A DNA stretch of 64,000 bases from Podarcis vaucheri. Lineage: Eukaryota. Both the position numbers and the translations under genes were made by a program. Of the stretch, positions 26,538-38,997 are shown in pieces. Each line of letters begins with the position of its first letter. The stretch's first letter is position 1. The stretch lies in NCBI GenBank assembly GCA_965113315.1, contig OZ220365.1. The stretch is one strand, 5' to 3'. The notes beneath the pieces were generated by a model, which was given only the letters and a program-made list of their open reading frames with translations, searched no databases and was not told the origin of the DNA.

Positions 26538-27320
26538 TTTTTTTAAATAGCAATTTATTGATTTTCCAAAGATAGCAAAAATTAAAAAGAATAACAACAA
26601 TACAAAAACAAAACAAAACAAATTGACTTCCCTTTTAGTCCCTTCCTTGGTTCCATTATTTATCAATGTACTACATGTCCATTGCTTAATTTAAAATCTT
26701 ATTTAAATCACTTACTATCCATTCATAACAAAATTACAAGTAGTTCTAAAACCCTGCTAATATATATGCAATAAACATCTTCCATTCATCCTTAAATTCG
26801 TTGTTGTCTCTTCCTCTTAATTTCATTGTAAGTTTTGACATTTCAGCATATTCCATTAGTTTAACTTGCCAATCTTCTTTGGCTGGGACACATTCTTCTT
26901 TCCAAATTGTGCTAATAATGTCCCCGTAGCCGTAGTTGCATACACAAATAAATTATTTTGTAATTTTGGTAGATTCCCTCCTATAATACATAATAGGAAA
27001 GCTTCTGGTTTTTTAACAAATGTTATTTTAAACATCATCTCATTATAAATCCTTTCCCAATGTTTCTTTATGATTTTACAATCCCACCACATATGGAAAA
27101 ATGTCTCTTCTGTAACTTTACATTTCCAATATTTGCTTTCCTTATATTTATACATTTTTGCTATTTTCACAGGAGTTAGGTACCATCTAGACATAATTTT
27201 CATATACTTTTCTTTAATCGCTACAGATGCTGTAAACTTTATATCATTCTTCCATAGTTTTTCCCATTCCACCATCTGGATATTATGTCCCATATCTTGT
27301 GCCCAAATGTGTTCACTATC
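26538..27320 (-). mobile_element. L1-clade LINE 3' fragment (ORF2 C-terminus and 3'UTR)
   Basis: ORF 26856-27293(-) reads WEKLWK…RWYLTPVKIAKMY…WKC…TFFHMWWDC…W, the L1 C-terminal CCHC-like region. AATAAA and an A-tail on the minus strand near 26540. Confidence 0.85.
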
Positions 27321-27519
27321 TATGTGACAATGTGATGGAAACTGTAAATCTTTTGTTGTTTATTTTCTTATTATAATAAGTCATCAGTATCTATAGCTAT
27401 ATCTATAGAACAGCATAGGATAAAATTATTAAAAAAACAGGTAAATTTATATTTTAAAAACTGCAAGAACAAAACAGTGAAAGATGAGCTTGTGCAGAAC
27501 TTGTAATTTGATAGTTGGA

Positions 27520-28015
27520 CCAGAGATGTGATAACCTTAAACATGAGCACTAGCAGTTTGAAGTTGATGTAAATAATAACAGAAAGCCGGGCAAAGAACT
27601 AAAGGAGTGAGAGTGCCAGGGTCCCAAAATTCAATCACCCAATGCTGTTCCCTGAAACGTACCATGGAGAAAGGATCAGAGCCACTGTAAAACAGTGCCT
27701 CCAATACTTGTCCCACTAAGCTGGTTCAGATAGTCAATGGAATCAAAAACCACTGAGAGATCAAGAAAGAATAACAGGGTCACACTTCATCTTTCCTTCT
27801 CAGTGCACATCAGTGCGATCAAGGCCAATTAAGTCCTTAATCAAGCCTGTTTCATCTAAGAGTACATACAGTTGTTGTGCCACAACCCTCTCTTCAACCT
27901 TCCCCTAAAAGGTGGGTATTTGTGATTGGGTGTTAGTTGTCACAAAGCAGGGTAGGCCCTTTCAGGAGTGGTTGGGTCATCTTTGGTTCCATTGGTTTGC
28001 CTTTTTCCACCACTG
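27520..28015 (-). mobile_element. Degenerate L2 reverse transcriptase fragment
   Basis: Reverse strand near 27735-27785 translates VTLLFFLDLSVVFDSID, resembling the L2 RT motif LLDLSAAFDTID. Confidence 0.6.
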
Positions 28016-28943
28016 GCACATATAACCTCCTCATGCTAATCCTAATGACATCATCTCCAAGTGGAAATGAATTTGTTGTTTTTCTATTGGTGCAATGTTG
28101 GTTGCTTATTTCTCTCAGTATGCACAGATTAGGCTCACTGACACGAGTTCGTTGTGGAGTGCAAATGATAACATTTTGAATAGCAAACTTTCTGGGAGTG
28201 ATTAAGGTTTTAAATCACACGAACAAATTTTGATCAGTCATGGGGGCCTGACGTTTCTTCCTAGCGCCTGCCAATCTGAAACCCTTTTCCTCCTTGGGTA
28301 ATGAAAGCAGCATTAAGTTTTAAGACCTGATTCAATAACACTTTATGGATGATTATTATGGCTGATATTAAGTCTTCAAAAGCCAGCTTATGAATGACTT
28401 AATGTATTGAAGTTTATTACCAATCTAGCTAACCTATTTGAGTTTTGTTTTGGTGGGATTGTAAAACAATGACTGACACACGGATTCCAAAGAGATAAAA
28501 TGTAAAGGAAATGTGTTCCAAGCAGGCACCAGCCATGCCATCATTTGGGGAATTTGCACCACATGAAAAAGCTATTAGCTACACTTCATAAACCTTCTTG
28601 GAAGACTCAGTGCAGCTGGCTACTTACTGAAAGTGGAAAGAGAATCTTGAAGTACAAGGTGGTTTATGCTTATATCACTGTCCGTTTGTAGCCATCAGTC
28701 TATCCATACTTGTTATGTCAAGCCAACTTGAAGTAACTACCAGGACCTAACCAGTGCAATGTAGCAGCTTCACCATGGGTGAAGAACCTGTGGCGATCCA
28801 GATGTTGCTTGATTGCAGTTCGCATCAGCCCTGACCAGGCCATGTTGCCTGTGGCTGACTGGAGTCCAAGGACAACTGGAGAGCCACAGGCTCCCCATCT
28901 GAAATAAATTGGCATGACTAATTTTTAAGACCCCTAATTTCAA

Positions 28944-29063
28944 TGGATGGTATCCAGTGCTAGTCCTACTCAGAGTGCACCCATTGAGTTAATGGACATG
29001 ACTAACTTAGGTTCATTAATTTCAGCAGATCTACTCTGAGTAGTACTTAGTCAGATACAACCC
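28944..29063. mobile_element. Old palindromic MITE-like element
   Basis: Inverted arms ggatggtatcc…tactcagagt…cattga / ttcagcagatctactctgagtag…gatacaaccc. Similar decayed palindromes at ~12870-12965, 26160-26250 and 55540-55615. Confidence 0.5.
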
Positions 29064-29068
29064 TAGGT

Positions 29069-29320
29069 AGAAGAAGAAGAAGAGTTTGGATTTGATATCC
29101 CGCCTTTCACTCCCTTTAAGGAGTCTCAAAGCGGCTAACATTCTCCTTTCCCTTCCTCCCCCACAACAAACACTCTGTGAGGTAAGTGGGGCTGAGAGAC
29201 TTCAGAGAAGTGTGACTGGCCCAAGGTCACCCAGCAGCTGCATGTGGAGGAGCGGAGACGCGAACCCGGTTCCCCAGATAACGGGACTACCGTTCTTAAC
29301 CACTACACCACACTGGCTCC
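29069..29320 (-). mobile_element. tRNA-derived CORE-type SINE (Squam3-like) with (CTT)n tail
   Basis: Reverse complement of the 55234 copy: A box tggtgtagtggttaag, B box gggttcgcgtctcc, (CTT)n tail. Confidence 0.85.
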
Positions 29321-29353
29321 CAGTGTATTCAATTGGAACCACTTGTTATTTGT

Positions 29354-29530
29354 AAGAACTTAAGAAGAACCTTTCTGGATCAGGCCAATGGGCCACCTAG
29401 TCCAGCATCCTGTTCTCATGCTGGCCAGAAAGATGCCCATGGGAAACCTGCAAACAAGACCTGAGCATAAGAACATTCTCCCCTTCTGCAGTTTCCAGCA
29501 TATGGTATTCAGAAACATTTCCGCATCTGA
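29354..29530 (-). mobile_element. CR1 3'-end fragment
   Basis: taagaacttaagaaga…ctggatcaggccaatgg…tagtccagcatcctgttctc. Confidence 0.65.
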
Positions 29531-30474
29531 CCCTGGAGTTTTGTTGTTTTGACTTACCCATTTTTTTCTGAATGAGTTTTCCTGCCCCCCACTCTGCCTT
29601 GCCTGAATAATAGTTTCCTTAATAATCTACTGTTCGCTTGTATCTCCTTGGCTTCTCTGGTGTGAAAAGCAAAGGGAATTCTAAGAGGTACTGCAGCTCT
29701 TTTGTGGCCTTGCTTTGACATGTCCAAATATGTGAGTAATGGGAGTGCTTAGAATCGATTTACATGTGATGGATATTCAGGAATTAGAGACCCCAAATTA
29801 TAGGCAATAGAGCCTGGCAGTAAAAAAAACAAACCCAAAGCCCAGTTGTTCAGCAAGATTAATGGCGAGGGAAACTTTTATTCTAATGAAAATATACAAG
29901 GTTGGCTGGGATATAAGGCGTGAGAAATTGGCTAAAGTACTGGAGAGACACAAAAAAATTGAAAGCTGTGTCTCCTGTAGATGATCATATTTATTAAAAA
30001 CAACACTTTCTTTGGAGATTTGAAAAGATTTCCTATACTATGTATTTGTGAAGCAAAGTTTAAGAAAATGTACTACTGCACATGTTTTTGAATCCATTGA
30101 AATAGGATGGATTATTATTATTTTTGGTTATTGTTACCCCACAAAATAATAAGAATATATCCTGACATTTCTGTGAGCAAGGCTCAAATCAGACAGTGAG
30201 AAATCCAGGGAATTGAGAATGCTGTCTAGACCACACCCAATGTTCTGTGTAGCTGTGCATTTTAAGACAAGATTGGTGATGATGATTGATGGACAACTTG
30301 TCTTTCATGGAAACTTGCCACTGTGCATCTTCTCATTGAAGGGTGGGTTCAAATTTACATTTGTCCTTGAAGATCACTGGGTGCCTGTGTTATTTTATTG
30401 CATTTATATCCCACCTTTTCTTCTAAGGAACTCAAGGTGACATACATGACTCTCCCTTTCCTCATTTGATCAGC

Positions 30475-31653
30475 GGTCCCTCCAGACTGGAGGTAGGCAA
30501 ATGTTCCGCCATCATCAAAAAGGGGGGGGGGGAGAAGGCCCAGGTGATTACCGACTGGAGAGTTTGACATTGATACCAAGAAAAGTCCTAGAACAGTTGG
30601 TCTGAGAGACTTAAAAAAGGATGCTATGATTACTAAAACCCAGCATGGGTTTCTCAAAAACAAGTCATGCCAGACGAATCTCATTTCTTGTAGCTGGTTG
30701 ACTGACCAAACCCAAAGAGCACTCATTAATGGTTCCTCGTCATCCTGGAAAAAGTGACAAGCGGGCTTGTTCAACATCTTTCTAAATCACTTGGATGAAG
30801 GAATTGAGGGGCTGCTCATCAGATTTGCAGATGACACCAAACTAGGAGGGGTAGCTAATGCTGCAGAAGACAGAATCAGGATTCAAAATGACCTTAATAG
30901 TTTAGGCCCAGTTTTCCAATCTAACAAAATGAATTTCAGTAGGGACAAATGTAAGGTTCTGCACTTAGGCAGGAAGAAACAGATGCACAAATATACGATG
31001 GGGGATACCTGGATTGTCAGTAGTACATGTGAAAAGGATCTAGGAGTCTTAATGGACCACAGGCTTAACATGAGTCAATAGTGCGATGCAGCAGCAAAAA
31101 AACCCTAATGCTATTCTAGGCTGCATCAACAGAAGTATAGTGTCCAGATCAAGGGAAGTCATAGTACCACTATTATGCCTTGGTCAGACCACATCTGGAA
31201 TACTGTGTCCAGTTCTGAGTGCCACAATTTAAGAAGGATGTTGGCAAGCTGGAACATATGCAGAGGAGGGCAAGCAAGATGATCAAGGATGTGGAAACCA
31301 AGCCTTATGAGGACCAGTTGAAGGAACTGGGTACGTTTAGCCTGAAAAGGAGGAGAGTGAGAGGAGATAGGGTAGCCATCTTCAAATATCTTAAGGGCAG
31401 TCACATGGAAGATGGAGCAAGCTTGTTTTCTCCTGAAACAAACCAATGGTTTCAAGTTACAAAGAAGGAGATTCTGACTTAATATCGGGAAGAACTTTCT
31501 GACAGTAAGAGCTGTTTGACAGTGGAATGGACTCCCTTGAGAGGTTGTGGACTCTTCTTTATTGAGAGTTTTTAGGCAGAAGTTGGATGGCCATCTGTCA
31601 TGGATGCTTTAGCATTGCAGGAGGTTGGGCTTCCCACTCTATGATTATATGAT
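30475..31653 (+). mobile_element. CR1 LINE, 5'-truncated and internally deleted RT plus 3' end
   Basis: ORFs read QHGF…KSCQTNLIS, FNIFLNHLDEGIEGLLIRFADDTKLGG…KCKVLHLG…EKDLGVLMD, and YCVQF…PQFKKDVGKLEHMQRRASKMI. 3' end has the ctatgatt-type repeat. Confidence 0.95.
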
Positions 31654-34600
31654 CCTCCTTCCAATGCTAGGAGACTTTAAAATGTCACATATGTTGAAAG
31701 GAATGGGTAGATTTACCCACAGTTTCCACCAACACATTCTATATAACAGGAGTTATTCTGTACCTTTATAGTTGACAGTGTATTAATTCTGAACAGATTG
31801 GTAGATAAATAAACTACTATTGGCTATGGCTAGATGCTTATGCTTCAAGAGTCATTGATATGTTCCTGTTTTTAATTCTGTGACAGCAATTGGTATAATA
31901 GAGTAGTGAAAGCTGTCAGCAAACAGGCAAAATATTTCCAAATGGCAAGAGGGATAGATGCCAGCAAATAAATAGCAGGGTGGTAATCAGATGCAGAATG
32001 TCTTATCTTTAAGTAGCACAGCTTGAAATATGGCAATGGTGGTAGATAAACATAAAAGAGGCTATGAAGCTAAGGATGAATAGAGCAATATCCTCTAAAT
32101 AGTAAAGAGCTGGAGCACAAGACCCATGTGAAGAAATGCAGGAATTATTGCTTGAGAAAGACACCTACAGCAGCTGAAAGTGAGATTGCGTCAGGGCCTT
32201 GCCTGCACTGATACGAGAGATAAATCAAAGAAGGTAACGTTATTCCCACTTGAAGGCTCTTCACCTTAAAATGAACGTGTAAAGTGTGTTGGAGAAAGTT
32301 GAAGCTATCCTTGCGACGCACAGAGATAGAAGGGACAGAGTTGGCCATATTATGTTGCTTTAACTAAATAGGATTTCTGCTCTTTTACACTATTGTTAAG
32401 ATCTATTTTAGTATACTCTGCCACATTATTTCAATTTTATGCTTAAGAGGACAGAACTATTGGCAAGTCAAACCAAAGCTAGTTGCAATCAGCAGGCATT
32501 TTTTCCCGGGACTTTAGGAATTCCTCCACCTGCATTTGTGCTTTTGCCCCTTTGGGGCTCGACAGCTCTTTCTCATTGTGGGAAACCTTGATGCATCATG
32601 ATTGCGTGTTTTACTTTGCCACGAGGGATACTATAAATCACTCGGTCAGGTGGTGGCTTCTGTGGGACTCTAGTAAAGATGGATGCTGTCAGTAGAGGCA
32701 TGTGTGGCAGGAGAAACTGGAACTGGTTTTAGGTAATAGAAAAAGAACAAACAGATGGAAGTTTGAGGAACTAGTTGCCCAAAGTTAAGTGGATAGATTG
32801 CTGTCCTTAGCGAACAGCTTAAAGCTCTTTCGACTTCATGATCTACCAACTGCTATTTGCGATTTTGACCTATGAAAAATGTTTTATTGACTGGAAAGAG
32901 GCGCAGTATTCCTCATTCTTTCTCTGCTGGAAGTCAACTTTAGTGCTATTCTGGAAATGTATTTGCTTTTTGTTTAAGTAAGGTCTGATTGCTAGACTTC
33001 CCCATTTTCTCTTGTGGCCTTATACCTATTCTTTTTGTTCCTTCTGCAATAGCTACTGAAAATCTGTAGGGGGTGCTAGTATTGTTCATGGCCATCCTGT
33101 CATTACGAGCAACTAATCTGCATTAAAAGCCTATAGAAATTTATTATGATGGAAAATGTTGTGCAATGTGAATTCAGGCATCACTATTAGTTCTCTTTAT
33201 AGTTTTCATCTTTATCAGCTCACTCCTCTCTTTAAAGATATGTCAGCTAATTTTCACATGATTTGTTCTAATACATGCTGTGTAGACTGTACAGAGTCAT
33301 GTACTGATTGTGCTTCATTGGCAAGCCCTTTTTTATAGCTTTAATGGTCATATTTCTCAAAATGCCTATCTGCAAACCAACCAGCATGACAAGTTGTAAA
33401 TTGTATATAATTTGGACTAGAGCTATGTACGAATGACCTCTCAAACTTTTCCATGCTATTTACGGACAGGGAAATGGAGTGGAGTGGGGGTGGGACATTT
33501 TTTTCAAATTTATCCAGGGGAAGAAATTCCAAAACAGTTTTTCTGGGGTGTGACTTATTATTAGCAGTGGCAGTAATACAGCACCATTCTAAGGGTTTTG
33601 TTTTGTTTTGGTTGTCACTACAAGTGGCGGCAGCAGCGACTGTGTGGAGTACTCAGAGAATATTCAGTTAGTGACCTTCTTTTCCAGGCAGTGGTCTGGA
33701 TGAGAGCAAGAAAAACTCGAGAAAGTTTCTAAGGAAAATGTATTTGAAGAAATTTTGGCTGAGCTCTAATTTGGTTAATCATCATCATCATCCACAGCTT
33801 ATTCAAAGCCAGCTATTGGCAATAACTCAATGCAAAGTTAATTTCAATGGACACATTGTCATGTGTCCCATGGAACCTACTGAGATGGGATGAGAATTAG
33901 GACTGTGGTGTGCTAAGAGCACAGGGGTTAACCCTTTCTCTCACTGTGGTTCTGATTGAAATGTTCCCTCCCTGAAGATGCTATTAGATCCACAAAGAAC
34001 CAATTGGTGCCAATGGAAGCTTTCCATCTGGGGGTGATAGCAGCTCTGGGGCATGGGTGGGGCTTTTCACTGAAACTACAGAGGGAAGGGCAAATATCCC
34101 TACCTGTGCACCATGGTCTCAATCCTGTTCTCCCCCATGCAACTGTTACTTGGGATGGAGGGGAAAAACCTATTTAATGCATTCACACATTTGATGTCAG
34201 GTCTAGTTGGATTGTGGCTAATGTTTTGTTTCTCTGCTTTACCATTATGACAATTTTAAACTTTTTTATCAGTGGTTTTAATTGGATAGTGCACATGTTC
34301 ATCAATATTCACTGTACAGTGTAGTAAGCTTTCATTGCTTTCGACCAATGGCCATTGCAACTTTCAGAGAACAAATTTCCGAAACATTTATAGAACCCCA
34401 ACTCCCCTTTCAGCTTCAGTTTCTCACCTCTCCTGATTTTGCTTCCTAATAAATATATTACCTAATGTATATATACCTAACATACCAGATTTTACAGACA
34501 TGTCATGCTACAAATCTTTTTAAGGGTCTTCTGTTTTTTCAGATTTTCCTTGCCAGCAAAATTGGAGTATATAGAAAAGGGGGCATATGTGTGTAAATGT

Positions 34601-35801
34601 AGCATGCTTTACACTGCACCAGAGAATAATACTTTAAAAAACGTATATTTTAGAAGATTTTAACTGAGGTGTAACTGGTGCTGACACTGTTTAAAATTGT
34701 CCCTGTCCAGGATAATGAATTCATTTTCAGTATATTATTTGTAAAAAGATGTGAGGTTTTTTTTATATTAATGACCTGAAGAAATTCAAACTTGAAGGAA
34801 ACAAAATGAGACCTTGTTAAGAAAGAAAAGATAATGAACTCAGGATCTTTGGCCAAACAGAGAACTTTTCCATCTCTGCTCATGACTAGACTGAAAATAA
34901 CATATTTTAGCTGCTCCAAAATCATTCAACGGGAAGCCAGAGGTGAGAGTCAGGGCTCCCATGAAGATAAGGAATTAGATTGCCTCATCTGTGTTCCCAG
35001 AACACTTCAAAAGGCAGACAGCTATGAAGCTGGTTGAGCACAGGAATCAAAGATTTAGTTTGTGAAAAGTGGGAAGAGCTGTTAGGGATCAAGCCATACT
35101 AATGTCCAAATAGTGGTATAATACCAGTGGACAAAAGAGGCCAAAGTGAATTAGGGAGTCTCAGCTAACACACAATTCCAGAATCAATCTTTACTGTAGT
35201 CAAAAGAACTCCCTGGGCCTAATTGAACAAGAACAGTATGTCTCTAAGCATCCTACTGCACAAGTGGCTAAAAAATGGGATGCAATTTTGTGAGGTAAAG
35301 GTGAGTGAAGTGCTTGAGGAGAGCAGTGTTCATTTCCACCAGCTTTCTGGGTAATACTGTGTAAGCGCCATCAAATTTGACTTCACTTGACTCTCTACCC
35401 TTGTGTGCTTTCTAAAAGCAATCTCCAGCTTTTTTGATATAATGACTACTATGCTTTGCTTACCTGCTCTTTACTTTCTAAGGATTTTGTGTGGCCCAAA
35501 CAGTACTGGAAATGCAAAAGTACCCTATTTATATTTTGTGGTTGTATTCTCAGAGGCAATATATAAAAAATTCTTATTCACTACTTTGCTTCCAGATATT
35601 TTTGCAAATTGAATCCCTTACGGTACAGCCTGTCTCTTTGTAATCTAATTAACTTAAGAGTATGCTCCAATCTCTTGCACTAAAGTTTTGAAAAAGGAGC
35701 AGACTTGGCTAGGTTAACATGACCCTGGTTATATGGCAATTATTTCACTCTAACAAAATTTGAAGAAGACTTCTGCATAACTTGAAAGCTTGCTTGCTGT
35801 A

Positions 35802-36027
35802 CAGTGGTACCTCAAGTTATAGACGCTTCAGGTTACAGACTCCGCTAACCCAGAAATAGTACCTCGGGAGAAGAACTTTGCTTCAGGATGAGAACAGAAA
35901 TCGCGTGGTGGTGGTACGGCAACAGCGGGAGGCCCCATTAACTAAAGTGGTACCTGAGGTTAAGAACAATTTCAGGTTAAGAATGGACCTCCAGAAGGAA
36001 TTAAGTTCTTAACCCGAGGTACCACTG
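35802..36027. mobile_element. Tc1/pogo (Tigger-like) MITE, copy 1 of tandem pair
   Basis: TA-cagtggtacctc … gaggtaccactg-TA. Confidence 0.9.
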
Positions 36028-36029
36028 TA

Positions 36030-36256
36030 CAGTGGGTACCTCGGGTTACATACGCTTCAGGTTACAGACTCTGCTAACCTAGAAATAGTACCTCGGGTTA
36101 AGAACTTTGCTTCAGGATGAGAACAGAAATCGTGCTCTGGCGGCACGGCGGCAGCAGGAGGCCCCATTAGCTAAAGTGGTGCTTCAGGTTAAGAACAGTT
36201 TCAGGTTAAGAACGGACCTCCAGAACAAATTAAGTACTTAACCCTAGGTACCACTG
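36030..36256. mobile_element. Tc1/pogo (Tigger-like) MITE, copy 2 of tandem pair
   Basis: TA-cagtgggtacctc … taggtaccactg-TA. Same orientation as copy 1. Confidence 0.9.
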
Positions 36257-37055
36257 TATTTTAAAAAAAGAGGAAGTTGCGTATGTGTCTTTTGGACCCC
36301 ATAGAGCACATTTGGGGTCTTCCAAAATTTCATTTTGCATGACAACTTAAGAGTGCAAAATTCTCCTGATGAGCTTTGGTAGTCATATTGAAACTCTGAC
36401 AGGTGTTTTGCCCTTCCTGGAGCCTCAAAATCTGTTTCATGCCATCATCATCATCATCATTAATTAAATTTGTATACCACCCTTCATTTGAAGATCACAG
36501 GGCAGTTCACAAAATAAAAATATGAAATAAGAACACAAGATACACCAGGAAAAAATGAAAACAAACTAATAACTCCCCTGCCAAAATCACTTTTAAAAAG
36601 CCATAGAACATTCAGTCAGTCAAAAGTTGCCACCCTGCAGGATTCCACCACCCTAGGCAGCTGCTTCACTATGTGCACCAGCCTCAACAGAATTTGGATT
36701 TAAAGACCACTACTGGCCTGTTTGTTTGTGTGAGTTGGGTGTTCAAACTGGGCAGAACTGAAATCTAAAGTAGATGCAAACAAATTATTCAGTGCTTGTG
36801 GGTGCAGCTGGGGACTGCCAACCAGACTGGGAGCTCCTCTCCACCCCATGGGTGATGGCACACAGAAGCAGCATTAGGATACAGGGGAGCTCAAGTCATT
36901 CTCTGACTCCATGGTGTGGGGCTCTAGCATTATCTGAAAAGGATGTTTCTGAATTTAGCTAAGGTGACAGTGCGAGGTGGCTAGGTGACAACTGGGGAGG
37001 GTCCAACTTTAGCTCTGCCTCCTCCTGCTGAGACCAATATTTTCTGTGGCTAGTC

Positions 37056-37173
37056 CAGGCATGGGGAACCTTTGGCACTCCAGATGTTGCTGAACTACAA
37101 CACCATCCCTGGCCCATGCTTGCTAGGGCTGATGGGAGTTGTAGTTCAGTAGCTCTGGGAGGACCCTACTCCT
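37056..37173. mobile_element. Degenerate palindromic hAT MITE
   Basis: caggcatggggaacct…ccagatgttgctgaactacaa…gggagttgtagttcag. Related decayed copies at ~28778-28897, 45228-45350, 45761-45890 and 47686-47820. Confidence 0.65.
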
Positions 37174-38784
37174 GTGCTAGGCTGTGGAGGAGTCTGCTGG
37201 TGAAGGCAGGGCTTCAAACGCTCATTTACAGGGCACCACACTAGGCTTACTGTTTTTCATATTTACACATCTCCACAGTGTTACACTGCATCTTTGCAGG
37301 AATTCTGAGATGCAGAAAGTGAGGAGTGGGGGTGGCTGGGATTTAGAATTTTCTAACAACAGCCTAGGGAGCCACTCTTATGAGCCTCAGTGAAGACATG
37401 ACTCACGGGGTGCATGCTTCTCATCAGAGCTTTAGAGCCTTGACCACAAGGTCAGATTTCAAAACTGACCTTTGGTACCCAGCCTTCTATAAGTGTCAGT
37501 GAAAGACAATTGGATTCAAGCATTCATTTCTCAGCCTCCCTCACCCCAATGTCATTTCACACCATATTCCTTTTTGATACTTTCACTAATGGATGTCAAT
37601 ATTCATTTCCTTTCCCTCCTTGATCTTTGTGAGGGTTGCTCTTCTGCACAAGCTGATAGATTTTTTTTTAAAAGGGTGTTCAATCTGGTGTCTAAAGCCA
37701 AGCTTTCGATTGCAAATGATCCAGCCAGCCACATTTCAAGGAGTGGTAAAAAAACAGCCACTAGGTTTGCTTCCTTGTTTTGCCATTCTGGGGTGTTGCA
37801 GTGAAGAGCAATGCAGCCACCTTCCCTAAAGGGAGGCACATAAATTCTAGTTGTGATTCAGTTCATGCACCTTATCCTTGGGGTGGGGATATGTGAACTC
37901 CCTATCTCCACTTTGTCTCATAAATGCAAAAAGCAGGTCAAATGCTTTTGTGATGTTTCCTGCAGTGTGCAAAACTGGAGTCATTTTGTTAAAATCCTAG
38001 CTTCTTTCAGCAAGTCAAAGGCCAGAATTGGTTTCCTTTACTTCTGCAGGGTGATAATTAATTCTATGAGTTGACTAAGGGGTGGCAGATGGGGTGAGGA
38101 TTTTAATGTGATTTCATGTGGTATAATAGTCTCCTCTTGTTGTTTAGTGATCTAATCAGTCCTTGTCTATGCAGGTCTGATATGACAAGAAAAATGCAAT
38201 TTTGTATTATTTCACTTTTGATGAAAATGCCTGCCTTAGGAAAGCTATCATGCTGTGCCTACTCTTTGGTTATAAATGTATGACAAATCATTGAGTGAAA
38301 AGAGGTTCAGCAGCGATGTAATGGGTTGTTAACTTGTTGCTCTCTATAAGGGGATGATGATTCTGGCAGCATTTGATTTGTGCTAGATGAGCATCAGCGC
38401 CTGAAGAATCAAGCCTCAATAGCAACAAAATGTATTTCTGAACTACCTAAAAGAGAAATAAATTGCCACTAAAGGTATTGAGCCAATATTGATGATTTTC
38501 AAAAATTTGATATGTTTACACACAACAGCCTTTTTATTTTACATTCGGAAAATGATGAAATAGAACCACAAAGAAACAGAACTGCATAGCCAGAGGGTTA
38601 CAGCAATTGTCCAACATCCTCCCTTGAGGCAGGATCCCACACATAGAATTTAGCTGTATATCTAAATTATGTATCTACATTATGTGTTCTTGCTATACAA
38701 CACTGGTCAGCCACCAGCTGTGCCAGAGGGCCACTCTGAAGAAGAGAGAGAACCTTAGTTTTTAAATTTTTGTTCTGTTTTTAT

Positions 38785-38997
38785 TATATTTACACCCTGC
38801 ATTTTCACCAGTGAGCTCTAGTTGGCATATATGGTTCTTCTCCCACATTTGCCCCTAACAACAACCCCATAAGGTGTATTAGGTTGCAATATGGTGGCTG
38901 GCCAAAAGCCACCCCTCTGAGCTTTATGTTGGGGGGGGGGTTGAACCTGGGTTCTCCCCAGCCCTTGTCTGACACTTTAACCAGTCCAGCACACTGA
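38785..38997 (-). mobile_element. Old CORE/Squam3-like SINE
   Basis: acaacaaccccataagg…ggctggccaaaagccaccc…ttgaacctggg…ctttaacca…cacactg is collinear with the 29069 copy. Further remnants at ~22395-22470 and 47500-47660. Confidence 0.6.

Noticed and set aside
36355-36412. CTGATGAG…GAAAC hammerhead-like core with gcaaaa/ttttgc flanks
   Set aside because: No stem II pairing, and GAC instead of an NUH cleavage triplet. At most a dead relic.
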